A stretch of 60,044 nucleotides of DNA, the filler included, from Jimgerdemannia flammicorona (lineage: Eukaryota): the NCBI GenBank assembly GCA_003990765.1. It is 3 parts of 3 records of this genome, joined end to end, with 100 filler letters (N's around TTAATTAATTAA, not from the genome) between each part and the next. Parts side by side here need not be neighbours in the genome. Positions count along the whole stretch, not along the records: positions 20,051 to 39,999 come from RBNJ01001796.1; 2 more parts are not named here. One strand, 5' to 3'. A program made the position numbers and the translations under genes. Below, piece by piece: positions 23,001 through 35,099 of this stretch (the first letter of the stretch is position 1; every line of letters starts with the position of its first letter). Below the pieces are notes generated by a model that had not been told where the DNA came from, did no database searches, and worked only from the letters and a program-made list of their open reading frames with translations.

Positions 23001-25590
23001 GTCGATCCTGGAACCCAGCCCCACTGCCCAGTGAGTAAAAATTTGATGATCTCTCCAGAACTGTCTCCCTGAGTCCACCAAAGAGCTCAACCTCTCCATC
23101 TCTATCCAACCATCCAACCCACCACTTTGGCCCCTCATTCCTCTCCCACCGTTGGTCCTGTCCACTCCATTATTCTGTACCATATTGAAATCCCCCCCCA
23201 GGCAGTTGATCCCAGCCTCCTCCATGACACCAGTCTCTTGCAAATTCTGGATCCAGTCCACCTACTCTCCCCTCTCTGCTGGGCAATAGCATGACTCAAC
23301 CATCAAAGGGCTCTATCCCGGCCTCTTCCACACTTCCCATACCAACTGACTCCCCTAATGTCCTATATCTCTAATGTCCCCCATCCCCTTTCGGACTAGG
23401 ATACCCACCCACCCAAACCATACTGCTGCTTCCCCCCACTCTCTAGTCCAATCCTGGAAGTCCACATCTACCTTATACTGTACATCCTGCAGTAAGAAAA
23501 GATCTGCATCCAGTCCCTTTAGCTATCCAAATATGTACCTCCTCCTAGCTATCTCCTGTAACTCATTCACATTCAAAGAGAATATTCTAGTTATACTGTT
23601 CATATTGAATAATGTTTGAATTTGAGACCCCAGCCTAGTATTCCATGCTCATCTCATCCCCAGCCAGATCCAAGTGCTGCTCCACTTCTAAGTCACCCTC
23701 CACAACCACCTGAGCATCTAATGCCTCCAAGATTTCTTGATATTCTACCCCATCCACCACCTCTATCTTCAACCAATAGTTAGTGCAGACTACTTTCCAC
23801 TTCTCCAATCCCTTCCTCAAGCCCCACAAGTATGCAGCCCAGTCATTTGCAATCTCTCTAAGTTCTATCTCTCTCTGATCATCAACTTGGTATTCAACTG
23901 ATTCTAAGAGAACTGCCAGGATCTCATTCCTCACCTTTCTCGGCACCTTCTCACTATACAGGATTTCCTCCCAATGCCTCTCTTCCATAACCCAGAAGTC
24001 CTCTCCTCTCAGCTCCTCTGCTGCTACTCCTTCCAGAGTCTTCCACAGCCACTTCTCCTCATCCACTGCCTCTGCTATACCCTGGGCGACCCAGTCACCT
24101 CCCACCTCTGGGTCCACCAAAGTGCTCCTCCTCACTGACTCATCCCACTCCTCATCCAGTATATCCAGTAACTCCTCCTCACCCCCTGCCCCACCCAGGA
24201 CACTATACTGAGGGTGTACTCCTTTGCTCATTTCTACATCTGCCTCCACACCACCCTCCCTCTCCTTCCTTGGTCCATCCTGGGCCCCACCTTGGACCAT
24301 TCCATGTTCCCCTGCCCAGGCACTCTCATGCAATTCTGCTCTCCTATCCCCTGTGCTGCTGCCAGCCCCACCACTGCCCAACTTTGCTAGCAACTCCTTT
24401 TGAATTCTCCTCCCCTGCATCTTCTCTCAGATCACCCAATCCATCCAGATCCTCTTCCCATTGACTACTTCCACCACTGTCTTGACTTCATACTCCTTAT
24501 AAGCCAATCTCCTCCTCTCAACTGCACCTGCCAGATCCTCCAGAGCCTCAAGAAAATCTTCCTCCTCTTCCTGAGTCCCCTTCACCCATGTGACCTTGCA
24601 CTCCACCAGTCTCCACTTCAGAGTTGCTGGCCAATCCCTCATCTTCCCCATGCATTCCTTCCCAGCCAGCCTCACCCAGATGTCAATATCACCAGTCTGG
24701 AGTTCCATGCCCTCCCAGACCTTGAACCCAATGTCCACAATCTCTCCATACTCCTTGACCACACCCACAATCAACTTTCTGGCCCTTTCCTTTGACACTG
24801 TAGGTAGATCCAACACCATCAACTATACCACTCAGGGGTCCCAGCACATGCACCTGGCCATAGGGACCACAACCCTGCCCACTGCCACCCCCTTCTCCAT
24901 AGTAGCCAGCAATGCCTCCTCCTTCTCAAACCCCACCTCGACCCCTTCTTTCCCCCTCAAAAACCTTTCACCTCCTGTGCCACCAGCCCAAAGATCATCC
25001 TTGCAGTCACTGCCAAGCCCCTGAAACACATTGTGATGACAAATTCTGACCTTGATTTCTTGAGTAACAGTGCTGACACCATGCCCATCACCCTATCTGC
25101 CAGGTCTCCAGGCCTTGTGCCCACCCCTGTCCTGAACCAGTAACTGCTATCACATCTGGATTTTTTTCCAGATCCCCAGTCATAGCCCCATCAACAGTCA
25201 TATCTCCAGCCTCTACTCCCCCCCCTCTCCTACCACCAGACACTCCCCCAGACACTCCTCTCTGTTCCCCAGCAGCAGCCATCAACATCTTCCCCAGGCC
25301 CAGCCAACCATCCAGACCCGAGGCCATTCTTCCCATCTTGACCTTGTTAGCAAAGATCAACCTCTCCCCTCCTCATTGCCTCAGGCTGCCTCTCCCTCCA
25401 CCACCAGAACCTTGGCCAGCCATAGAGGCCCCTGGCATTCCCAAACCATCTCCCCTCCACCCCACTTTCTGCCAGCCAAAGGCGCCACTGCCCTCCTGGC
25501 CAGTATGCTCATCAGTATGATCATTGCCATCTATGTCAATAGTCCTCTTTCACTGAAAACATTGTAAAAAGTTTTGTCTGAGTCTTGTGT
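20051..25590 (-). mobile_element. Decayed L1/Tx1-like non-LTR retrotransposon (ORF1 about 25500-23635; ORF2 endonuclease-RT from 23603), 3' end cut by contig edge
   Basis: ORF2 starts MNSITRIFSLNVNEL. APE motifs LGGDFN, SRIDWIL, WSDH and WRLNSSLL. RT motifs KNWCLIILLDMDCKL, EQRGFV, DQEKAYDRV, GVPQGDPL and AFVDD. Many stops. Confidence 0.9.
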
Positions 25591-25599
25591 CATCTGAAT

Positions 25600-28500
25600 G
25601 TTACCAGTGAAAGGTGATGTCCATGGCATGATGCTTGTACTGGGATTCTTGAGTGGTATAGTTGATAGTACTAGATGTACTAACTGTATCAAAGAAAATG
25701 GCCAGGGAGTTGATTGTAGTGGCCATTAAGGAGTATGGGGAGATCATGAATATTGAGTTTAGGATCTGGGAGGGTATCAAATTCAGAACTAGAGATGTGG
25801 TCATCAGGGTGTAGCTGGCAGGCAAGGAGAATATAGGAAAGGTGAGAGACTGACCAGCAGTTCTAAAGTGGGGCCCTGTAGAATACAAGGTCTTGTGGGT
25901 GAAGGAGATGCTAGAAGAAGAGGACTTGCTGGAGGCATTGAAGGATCTGGCTGGAGCAGTAGAGAGGAGGAGATTGGTCTGGAAGGAGTATGAGGTCAAG
26001 ACAGTTATAGAGATTTTCAATAGCAAGAGGGTGTAGCTAGATCAAGCAGTCTGGGAGCAGGTGCAGGGGAGGCAGATTCAGAAGGAGCTGTTGGAGAAGT
26101 TGAGAGGGGGGATGGCAGGGGGGACCATGGCTGAAGGTACTGGTTTGCAAGCAAGTACCTAGGCAGGGAAGAAGGGGGTGACTCCAGAGGTGCCCCAGGG
26201 AGTGAGAGATGGCTCTGGGTTGAGTGTAGCCATGGAAGATATAGAGATGGTTGAGGGGGAGCACTCTCAGTATAGAGTGCTGGGTGGAGCTACTGGTGAA
26301 GAGGAACTGCAGGATGTACTGGAGGAGGATTGGGATGAGTTAGTAAGATAGAATACTGAGAGAGGGCAGGCAGAGAGGGTGAAGGGGGTGGCTGAGAGTG
26401 TTGAGGAGGCTGTGGATAAGGGGAAGTGGCTGTGGAAGATACTGAAGAATGTGGTGGCAGAGGAGCTGGGGGGGGAGGACTTTTGGATGCTAAGCAAGAG
26501 GCACTGGGGTGAAATTCTATAGAGTGAGAAGGTGCTGAGAAAAATCCATGATGAGATAATAGCAGTACTACTGGAGGCCAAGGCATGATAACAGGGAGGC
26601 AGTGCTTAGAACAATTGTAAATGATTATATGGCTTACATGTGGGGTCTGAGAAAGGGACTGGAAAAGTGGTGGGTGGTATTTGAGGAGTACTGGTCAGAG
26701 ATAGAGACTGTGGATAGAGTGGACTGTCAGAAGATCTTGGTAGTGCTGGATGCTCAGCAGGGGGAGACAGATGAGATTGCAGCAGAGAGGAACTTAGATC
26801 TTACAGGTGATAGAATGAGTATGGAATTGTAGGGTGGACACTTTCTTTCAAAAAACATTATTCAATGTAAATAGTACAACTAGAATCTTCTCTTTAAATA
26901 TCAATGGACTGAGGGGTGCAATGAGATAACAGAATATCTTTAGCTAGTTGAAAGGACTGGATCCAGATCTCTTCTTATTGCAGGATATGGGTTATGATAC
27001 AGACTAGACTTACTGAGAATGGGGTGGTACAGCAGCATAGCAGGGTTGGGTAGACATTCTGGTCAGAAAGAGGGTGGGGGACATTGGAGACATTGGATAT
27101 TGGGAGAGCTAATTGGTGTGGTGAGTGTGAAAGAGGCTGGGTTGGAGTCCTCAGACTGTAGAATTATACTATTGCTCAGTAGAAAGGGGGGAGTAAGTGG
27201 ATTGGATCTGGGGTTTGTGAGAGGCTGGTGTTCTGGTGGATGTGAGAATTGATTGTCTAGAGAGCAACTTTAACATAATATGAGATAGTAGGCTAGACAG
27301 AACTGATGGAGGGAGGGGTATAGCAGGCAGGAGTAGAGGGATGGAGAACTGAGAGGAGGTTGAGATACTGAGTTCTTTGGTGGATGCTGGGCAACTTGGG
27401 TGGGCAGATTGTAGGATCTATAGGCAGGACTGGGGGATCCCCGATAGACTGGGTGTTGATGGCTGAGTGCTAGGGTGCAGATATCTAGAATAAGATTGAG
27501 ACAGTCTGGTGCCCTTGGTCAGACCACTAGGGGTTGCTGAGCAGATAGAGGTTTGGGGGTAGTAGTGATGGGTCTGGACATTGGTGCCTGAAACTACATT
27601 GCTGGAAGATGGTGTTTTGTGGGGAGAATGAGTGATAGGTGTTAGTATTAAGGTTGTTGGCTGGAGGGCACAGGGATTGGAGATTGGAGATCATTGATGG
27701 CAATTGAAATCTGATGCTCAGCAGTATTAGGGTGAGGCTGGAAGAGGGAGGGGGGCCCAGCAGAGGTAGTATATTAGGTGGGCTTCACAGAGGCTGGCAA
27801 ACCTACTAGAGAGGTGGGCTGGATTATTGGAGGACTACAGAAAAGGGAACTGGAGGATTCAGTGGATCTAGTGGGAGGTGGAAGAACTGAAGGGGCTGCT
27901 TAGACTGGAGGAGGAATTGCAGGTGAAAGGGCTGGCGGCTTGGCTATAGTGGCAGGGTTTGGAGGAGGAGGAGCAGTCTACTAAATTTCTATTGAGGCTG
28001 CTACAGGTAAGAAGGACAAGGCAGTAGTGAGAAGGAGTGTTGGATGAGGGAGAGGATATGGTGACTGAGACACCAGAGATCCTGGACCTATTGTGATCTT
28101 TCTGAGAGCAGCTGTAGAGTAAGGAGGAGGGGGGAGAAGATGCTCTAGACATTGAAAGGCACCTGGAGGATTGGCACTCAGATCCAGCTGTGGGTCTGGG
28201 TGAACTGAGAGCCTCAGTGCATAGAGAGGAGGTGTGTCAGGTCTTGGCAATAATGAGTATAGAGATAGTCCCTGGAGAGAATAGGTTGCTCTGAGATTTT
28301 TGGAAGAAGATAGCTGGCATTGAGGTTGTGTTGGAGGAGATAGTGTGGATGTATGATGAGGTCATCAGCTCAGGGTCCTAAATTGGGGGACAGCATCTGT
28401 GGTTTGTAGCTCTATTGTACAAGGACAAGAGAAGAAGAGAGGATTGGAAGAACTAGAGGCTGATCATGCTTCTGGATATGGATTGCAAGTTGGTGACAAA

Positions 28501-30560
28501 GATTTTGGTAGCCAGGTTGTAAGAGGTGGCTCAGCAGGTGCTAGGGGCTGAGCAGAGGGGCTTTGTCAGGGGTTGGTTGATTCAAGATAGAACAGCATGA
28601 GTCCATGGTATTATTGAGGGTACTCATATAGCCAGAGTTGATAATTGACTAGTCTTTCTGGATCAAGAGAAGACATATAACAGAGTATAGCATATATGGC
28701 TGGAGGGCTTGTTGAAGTGAATAGAGGTCTCTCCAGGGTTTAGGAGATTATTGATTTGTCTGTTGGAGGAGAGTTGGGCAGCTATTATGATGAATGAGTA
28801 CAGAAGAGAGTCCTTCTCCCTGGGCAGAGAAGTGCTGCAAAGAAGTCCACTGTCACTAATTCTCTATGCCCTCTCATTAGAGCTCTTGTTGGATAAGATT
28901 TAGTATAGAGTTGGGAGTTTGAATATTTTGGGAGTGAACTGAAAGATTGTAGCCTTTGCTGACAATATAGTAGTTGGGCTGAGATCTTGGTAGTACTGAA
29001 GAGTACAGTGGAATAATATGAGGCATATTTGGGTGCTAAGCTTAATTGGTATCAGTATGAGACTCTGGTCCTAGGTAGAGGGATAGTTAGAGGTGATGTG
29101 ATCAGAATAGTAGTCTCAGCTGGTAAAGTGGTCTGCTACTTTGGGATTTATTTTTCAGTTTATAGTTTCCTGCTATCTCATAGCTAGTGAGAGCAGTAGC
29201 TACTTGCTTGAGGGAATGTTCTCTTAGAGTGGAGAGGCCAGTATATCTCTCTGGTAGGAAGAGTGATGATACTGAATGTGTCCTGGCTGCTGAAGCTATG
29301 GTATATTGGATATTACTTGGACTTTCTGGTATAAATATTGAAGATAGCCAGATTATAGATTTGGGCAGAGCAGTAGAGTCAGATCAGCTGGGAGATATTG
29401 ACATTACCTGTAGACAGAGGTGGGCTGGGCCTGGTGGACTTCACCAAGCATCTGCACTGTTTGAGAGCATAGTGGCTGAAGTAAACAAGTGAATTGTGGG
29501 GTTGAGAGTGGGTGCCCTTTATGTAGAGGGTGTGGGAAGTTTGGTACACTCTCTGAGATATGACTGGTGACCTGCTCTCTCTGGTGGCTCTTGAAGGAAG
29601 TCAGAAGATATACTACAGAGGATTCTAGTAGGAGTGGTGGATAGTGCTCACCACATTGGTCTCCAGTAGAGAAGAGATGAGAGAGAGGAGGAATGGGGAC
29701 TACAGATGTAGAGATGGGACCACCTACTGTTAGGAGGTATACTGGTGGAGAATTTTCAGCTAGAAAAAGACATAGAATGTCTATGGGAGCATGGGAGGGA
29801 TTTGTGACCAGAGATATGGCAGGGGTTAGAGATTGGTGAGGAGTGGGACTGGAATGGCATCTGGTCTTAGTGCAAGCAGATGACAAGATAGCTCTCTCCC
29901 AAGTTTTGGATAGTATGGTGAAGGATACTGAGACATAATGTAATGCTGAACTATCAGTCAGGATACTTGGTAGAAGGGAGTGCTTTAGAGTGTGAGGAGT
30001 ATCTAGATATTGGGCAGGTAGGGGGTATGGTACAGATCTCTGAATATTTTCTTAGGGAGTGTAAGGTTCTGGGAGATTTTTGGAGAGCCATTGAGGACTG
30101 ACTGAGGTTATGGTCTTTGAGAGGAGGAGAGGGTGAGAGGTAGGGAGATCTCTGACATAGGTTGGTGGGAGGAGTTAGAGATGAGTAGTTGACTTTAGGA
30201 TGAGCTCTGGCTATTTAGATTGGGTTTGCCAGACATTGGGTCTATGTATTTGAGAATGGTCAATATTTAGTAGTTGGGGTGAGAGTTGCATAATAGAAGT
30301 GACTTCTGCTAGACATCTTGAATAGTTGGTGGTGGGGGTGGGGACCAGGAGGGAGATTCCATATGAGACTTTTAGAATATATTTGCAAGAAGAGCAGAGA
30401 GAGAGTTGAGATAGCTGGGGGGTTAGTAACCCTTCAGAGAGATAGAGAGAGTGGGGGAGAGGGGTATTGGTATGGGATTAGGTGAAGGATACATCTGTAC
30501 CTTTGTATTAATATCACAAAGATTGATAATAAAGTGGAAGTCCAAGTGATTATAAAAAAA

Positions 30561-30578
<18 letters not shown>
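25600..30578 (+). mobile_element. Second copy of the same LINE family, 5'-truncated and more decayed, with poly(A) tail
   Basis: Collinear with the reverse complement of 20051-24880 (e.g. YMWGLRKGLEKW vs YLWGLRKGLEKW; DLTGDRMSME vs DLAGDEMSME). AATAAA at 30528; A-run 30554-30578. Confidence 0.9.
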
Positions 30579-30594
<16 letters not shown>

Positions 30595-30599
30595 TATCT

Positions 30600-33500
30600 G
30601 TCTTAACTTCTACTAGAATCTATATTCTAGCAAATATAGTAACTGATACCAATCTGTCTGATAAAGTAAAATTATTTTCAACTACTATATATATATCTGA
30701 GCCAGAGTTATCTAAGCTAAAAATAATAGTGATTAAGAATAGTAAGACTTTTGATAGCAAAGAGTCTATTAAGAGCAAAGAAAAGTCAAAGTATAAGTTC
30801 TGGAATGAGACTTATTCCAAATTAGAAAATTTTTGAAATATACTAGTAAATTCTAAATAGTAATACAAGAACTATATAAGCTATATCAAGATATATAAAT
30901 ATATATTTTTATAACTTCTAATGAGCCAAGTATGTATAATAAAGTAATAATATCTCCTGACAATAAGAAATAGAAGCAAGTGATAAATAAAGAGTATAAT
31001 TTACTCATTGAGATAGTATATGAGATCTGATATCTCTTCTGATTAATCAATAAGTTATATGATTACATTGAGTCTATAAAATTAAATATAAGAGCAATAG
31101 AAGTATAGAGTAATTAAAATTTCATTTTATAACTAAGAGTTATTTGCAAGATTATAGCATAGACTATAATGAGATATATTTTTTAGTATTTAAGCTTACT
31201 TTATTATTAGATAGTTATAAAGATGACTTTTCTCAATTGTGATATAGATATAGCACTATATGTTTACTAGCTATAACAATATAAATAATTATATACTATT
31301 AAGTAAGCAGCTCATTTGTAGAATAGAAAAATTGATAAATATCTCCTTGATAATGACTTCTTATACTGTAAAGTAGATAACTATATATATGTTCAATAAT
31401 ATATTAAATGAAATTATATTCATAGATAAATAAATAAATAATATAATTATTATTGTGATAAAAAACAAGCTTAATAGAGTCAAAGAAGTTCTGCATAAGA
31501 AATTCAAGGTAACTAATATATATAGATAACATGTCTTTCCTTTTAGAGATATCTATTATATATAATAGAAGTATATATACTATGTATTTCTCACAGTCAA
31601 CTAATATTCAAGCCATTCTTGAATAATTCAAAATAAGTAAATATAAGCTAGTAAATACTCCTATTGAAACTTTAGTAAAGTTAAAGAAGTTAACAATATT
31701 TTCTATTAGTAAGTAGTTAGTTCTCTTATATATATATATCTTATATTAGAAATAAGGCCTGACATCTTATATACTATAAATTAGATAGTGCAGTACTTAT
31801 CTTACTATGATAATTTGTATTAAAGTATCATTAAAAGAGTTTTCAGAATATTAAAAATATATATAGCATACTATGTACTCACCCTTAGTGAATTAAGTGA
31901 GAGTAATAATAATAAGGACAAGAATAACAGTATATAACTATCTGAAACATATGTATAATACTGATTGAGCTAGAAACTTAAATGATCACTGATCTATAAC
32001 TAGATATCTCTTCTAATTAAATAACAAAGAGATTATATCTTAGCAAATATATAAGCAGAGCTCAATGATAATATCATCTATATAAATAGAGTATCAAGTA
32101 TTGTCTATAGTAAATGAGAAAGCTATTTGATTATGCTAGCTATTGAAGAACTTAGCTCTGATCAGAAATATTACTCTATACTCATTCATCAGAGTAACTA
32201 GTCTATAATTACTATGACAAAAAACTCTATTTATTATAGCAGAATAAAGCATATTAATATATAATACTATTTTATAAGAGAAAATATATTGTAATGTAGT
32301 GGATGCGGAACTTGGTAAGTTGGTAGGATTTTGGAATGGGGAAAGAGTATGTAAAGAAGACTTTTTGAATTGAACTGACTTGATCTGACTGAGGTTTATT
32401 TACTCTAGATATGGAGATATTTATACAAGTTTGCTAGCTATAAGATAGCTAAGTTATAACTAAGTTTTCTGTGAGTCATTCTTTACAAGTGTTTAACATC
32501 TGTGAAATCTTCAACATCTGCAAAGAGTTTAACATCTGCGAAAACTTTAACAGTTGTAAAATAACAATGACTGCTATTTATAAAGGTATAGTATAATAAA
32601 TCAGGAAATCAAATTTATGTACTGCAATCAAATGTTTCAATTTCATACCATATGTCACATCTTCTCCCTGAATAGATTATTTTTGACATAAAAATATCTA
32701 TTTAAATTTTTACATTGCAATGTTTATATGTTTGTTCCCCCTATATGGACTTGTTTATAATATTGTATCCAAGTGGTTGTCAGAATGTTTTTCAAGGTCC
32801 TAAAAATCTTCAAATAATTAATTCAGGATTTTGTCTAAGGTTGGACAATATATTCAAAAGTCATCTTCAAAAATTGGGTAGCATTCATATGTTATCAAAA
32901 GTCGGACAACAGCATCTTCAAAGTTTAGGCGGGTGTTCATATGTTGTCAAAAGTCAGATGATGGAATTTTTCAAAAGTTGGGTGGCATTCTTCACTCAGG
33001 CAGTTTGTATATACCATCTTCTATAGGGCAGCAGTTTGTTTGCAACAGGCAGTGTTCTTCAAATAATTAATTTGGGCAGTTCATATACAACATCTTTTAA
33101 TTCTCTATGCCATTGTGGTTTTTTCAGCATTTTAGCAATTAATTCTTGTAATGTTGTCCCTTGAACTAAGGAGTAACCTGGCTATTAACTCAATGATGTG
33201 GTCCTTTGCAGAGCATCTATTGTTCAATACTGACAATGGTTCACAGAAATGAGACTGACAACTACAACAACCAATTAACAGCAGATGGCACAGAGATGAA
33301 TATAATACATAACAGATAGCATTCATATGTCGTCAAAAGTCAGATGACAGCATTCTTCACTCAGGCAGTTTATATGACATCTTTTAATTCTCTATGACAG
33401 TTCATTCAGGTAGTATTCTTCACTCAGGCAGTTTGTATATAATGTCTTCTCTGTTCTTCAGGGCAGTCCATTCATATGTCATCTAAAGTCAGATGGCATC

Positions 33501-35080
33501 TTCTCTCAGGTAGTTTGTATATGACATCTTTTAAATCTCCAGATTGGTTCAGGCATTTGTATGTTGTCAAAAGTCAGATGATGGCATCTTCAAAAGTCGG
33601 AGTGGCAGCATCTTCTATTTTCTATGGCGGTCCATTTGTATGTCATCTCAGGCAGTTCATATATGATGTCTTCAATTCTGCAGTCAAAAATAGGGCAGGA
33701 TTCTTCAAATAATTAACTTGGGCAACATTTTTTAATTCTCCTAAGCAGTCCATTTAGGCAGTATTCTTCACTTGGATAGTTCATATATGATGTCTTCTCT
33801 ATTCTTCAGGGTGGTCCATTCATATGTTGTCTTGGGTGGTTCATATATGATATCTTCAATAGGGTGGCAGTTTGTTTGTATCAGACAGTAGTAATGTTTG
33901 ACATGGTGGTTTGTTTGGTATTTTTCAGTAATTAATTCTTGTAACATTATCTCTTGAACTAAGGAGCAATCCAGCTATTAACTCAATGATGCAGTTCTTT
34001 GCAGAGCATCTATTGTTCAATATCAATGATTCACAGAAACAAGGCTGAAAACCAGAACAATCAATTAACAGCAGATGGCACAGAGATGAACAATGTCTTC
34101 TAATTTACGAAGTTTGTAAATCATATGTCATAGGACAGGTCATATCTTCAAAAGTCAGATTAGTAAATTATATGTCATGGGATAGCTTTGGTCCATATAG
34201 TGATCTTGTTTAGCATGATGGTTCATTCAGCATTTTTTAGCAATTAATTCTTGTAATGTTGTCTCTCAAACTAAGGAGTGACCTAGCTATTAACTCAACA
34301 ATGTGGTCCTTTGCAGAGCATCTATTGTTCAATACTGACAGTTTACAGAAATGAGGCTGACAATCAGAATAAGCAATTAATAGCAGATGGTGTAGAGATG
34401 AACACTATGTACAACATGATGATCTGTATGGTAGTCTGGTAGTCTAGCAGTCTGGTGGTCTGGTGGTTATTCATTTTTCAGCTTAAAAGTAAGGATTCTT
34501 CTTAAATCATCAGCCAATGGGCACCAAGTTGTAATATAGTGGATGCAGAACTTGGTAAGTTGGTAGGATTTTGGAAGGGAGAAAGAGTATGTAAAGAATA
34601 CTTTTTAAATTGAACTGACTTAATCTGACTGAGGTTTATTCACTCTAGATATTGGGGATATTTATACAAGTTTGCTAGCTATAAGGTGGCTAAGTTATGA
34701 CTAAGTTTCCTGTAAGTCATTCTTTACAAGTGTTTAACATCTGCAAAATCTTTAACATCCATGAAGAGTTTAACATCTGTGAAAACTTTAATAGTTGTGA
34801 AATAACAATGACTGCTATTTATAAGGCTATATTATAATAAATCAGGAAATCAAATTTATGTACTGTGATCAAATGTTTTGATTTCATATCATACATCATA
34901 ATATATAGAAAACAAAACTATATATTTAAAATATATCCTTATTAAAGCTCTCCTGAGACCTAATTTCAAGCAATATACTAAAGAAATAAGTCTTATAGTA
35001 AACTATATACCAGTAATTTAACATATATCAGTAATGAATAATTATGAAACATTTTATAATAAAAAGAAAGTAAAAAAATT
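30600..35080 (+). mobile_element. Heavily C>T/G>A-mutated Ty1/copia RT-RNase H relic, interrupted by a nested LTR element
   Basis: Degenerate copia motifs: H*VYKIKYK, ITKSYLQDYSIDYNEIYF (VAKGYxQxxGIDYxETF), IRPDILY, and SRIKHINI*YYFIRE, which resumes after 34900. Confidence 0.8.
32290..34900 (-). mobile_element. Non-autonomous LTR retroelement (about 2.6 kb; LTRs 32290-32659 and 34530-34900) nested in the copia RNase H
   Basis: Two direct repeats of about 370 bp, each starting TGTAAT. On the minus strand, PBS-like TGGTGCCCATTGG abuts one LTR and PPT-like TTCAGGGAGAAGA abuts the other. ATATAT flanks both ends. The interior is non-coding and internally repetitive. Confidence 0.88.
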
Positions 35081-35099
35081 ATTCATTATATCATTTTAT

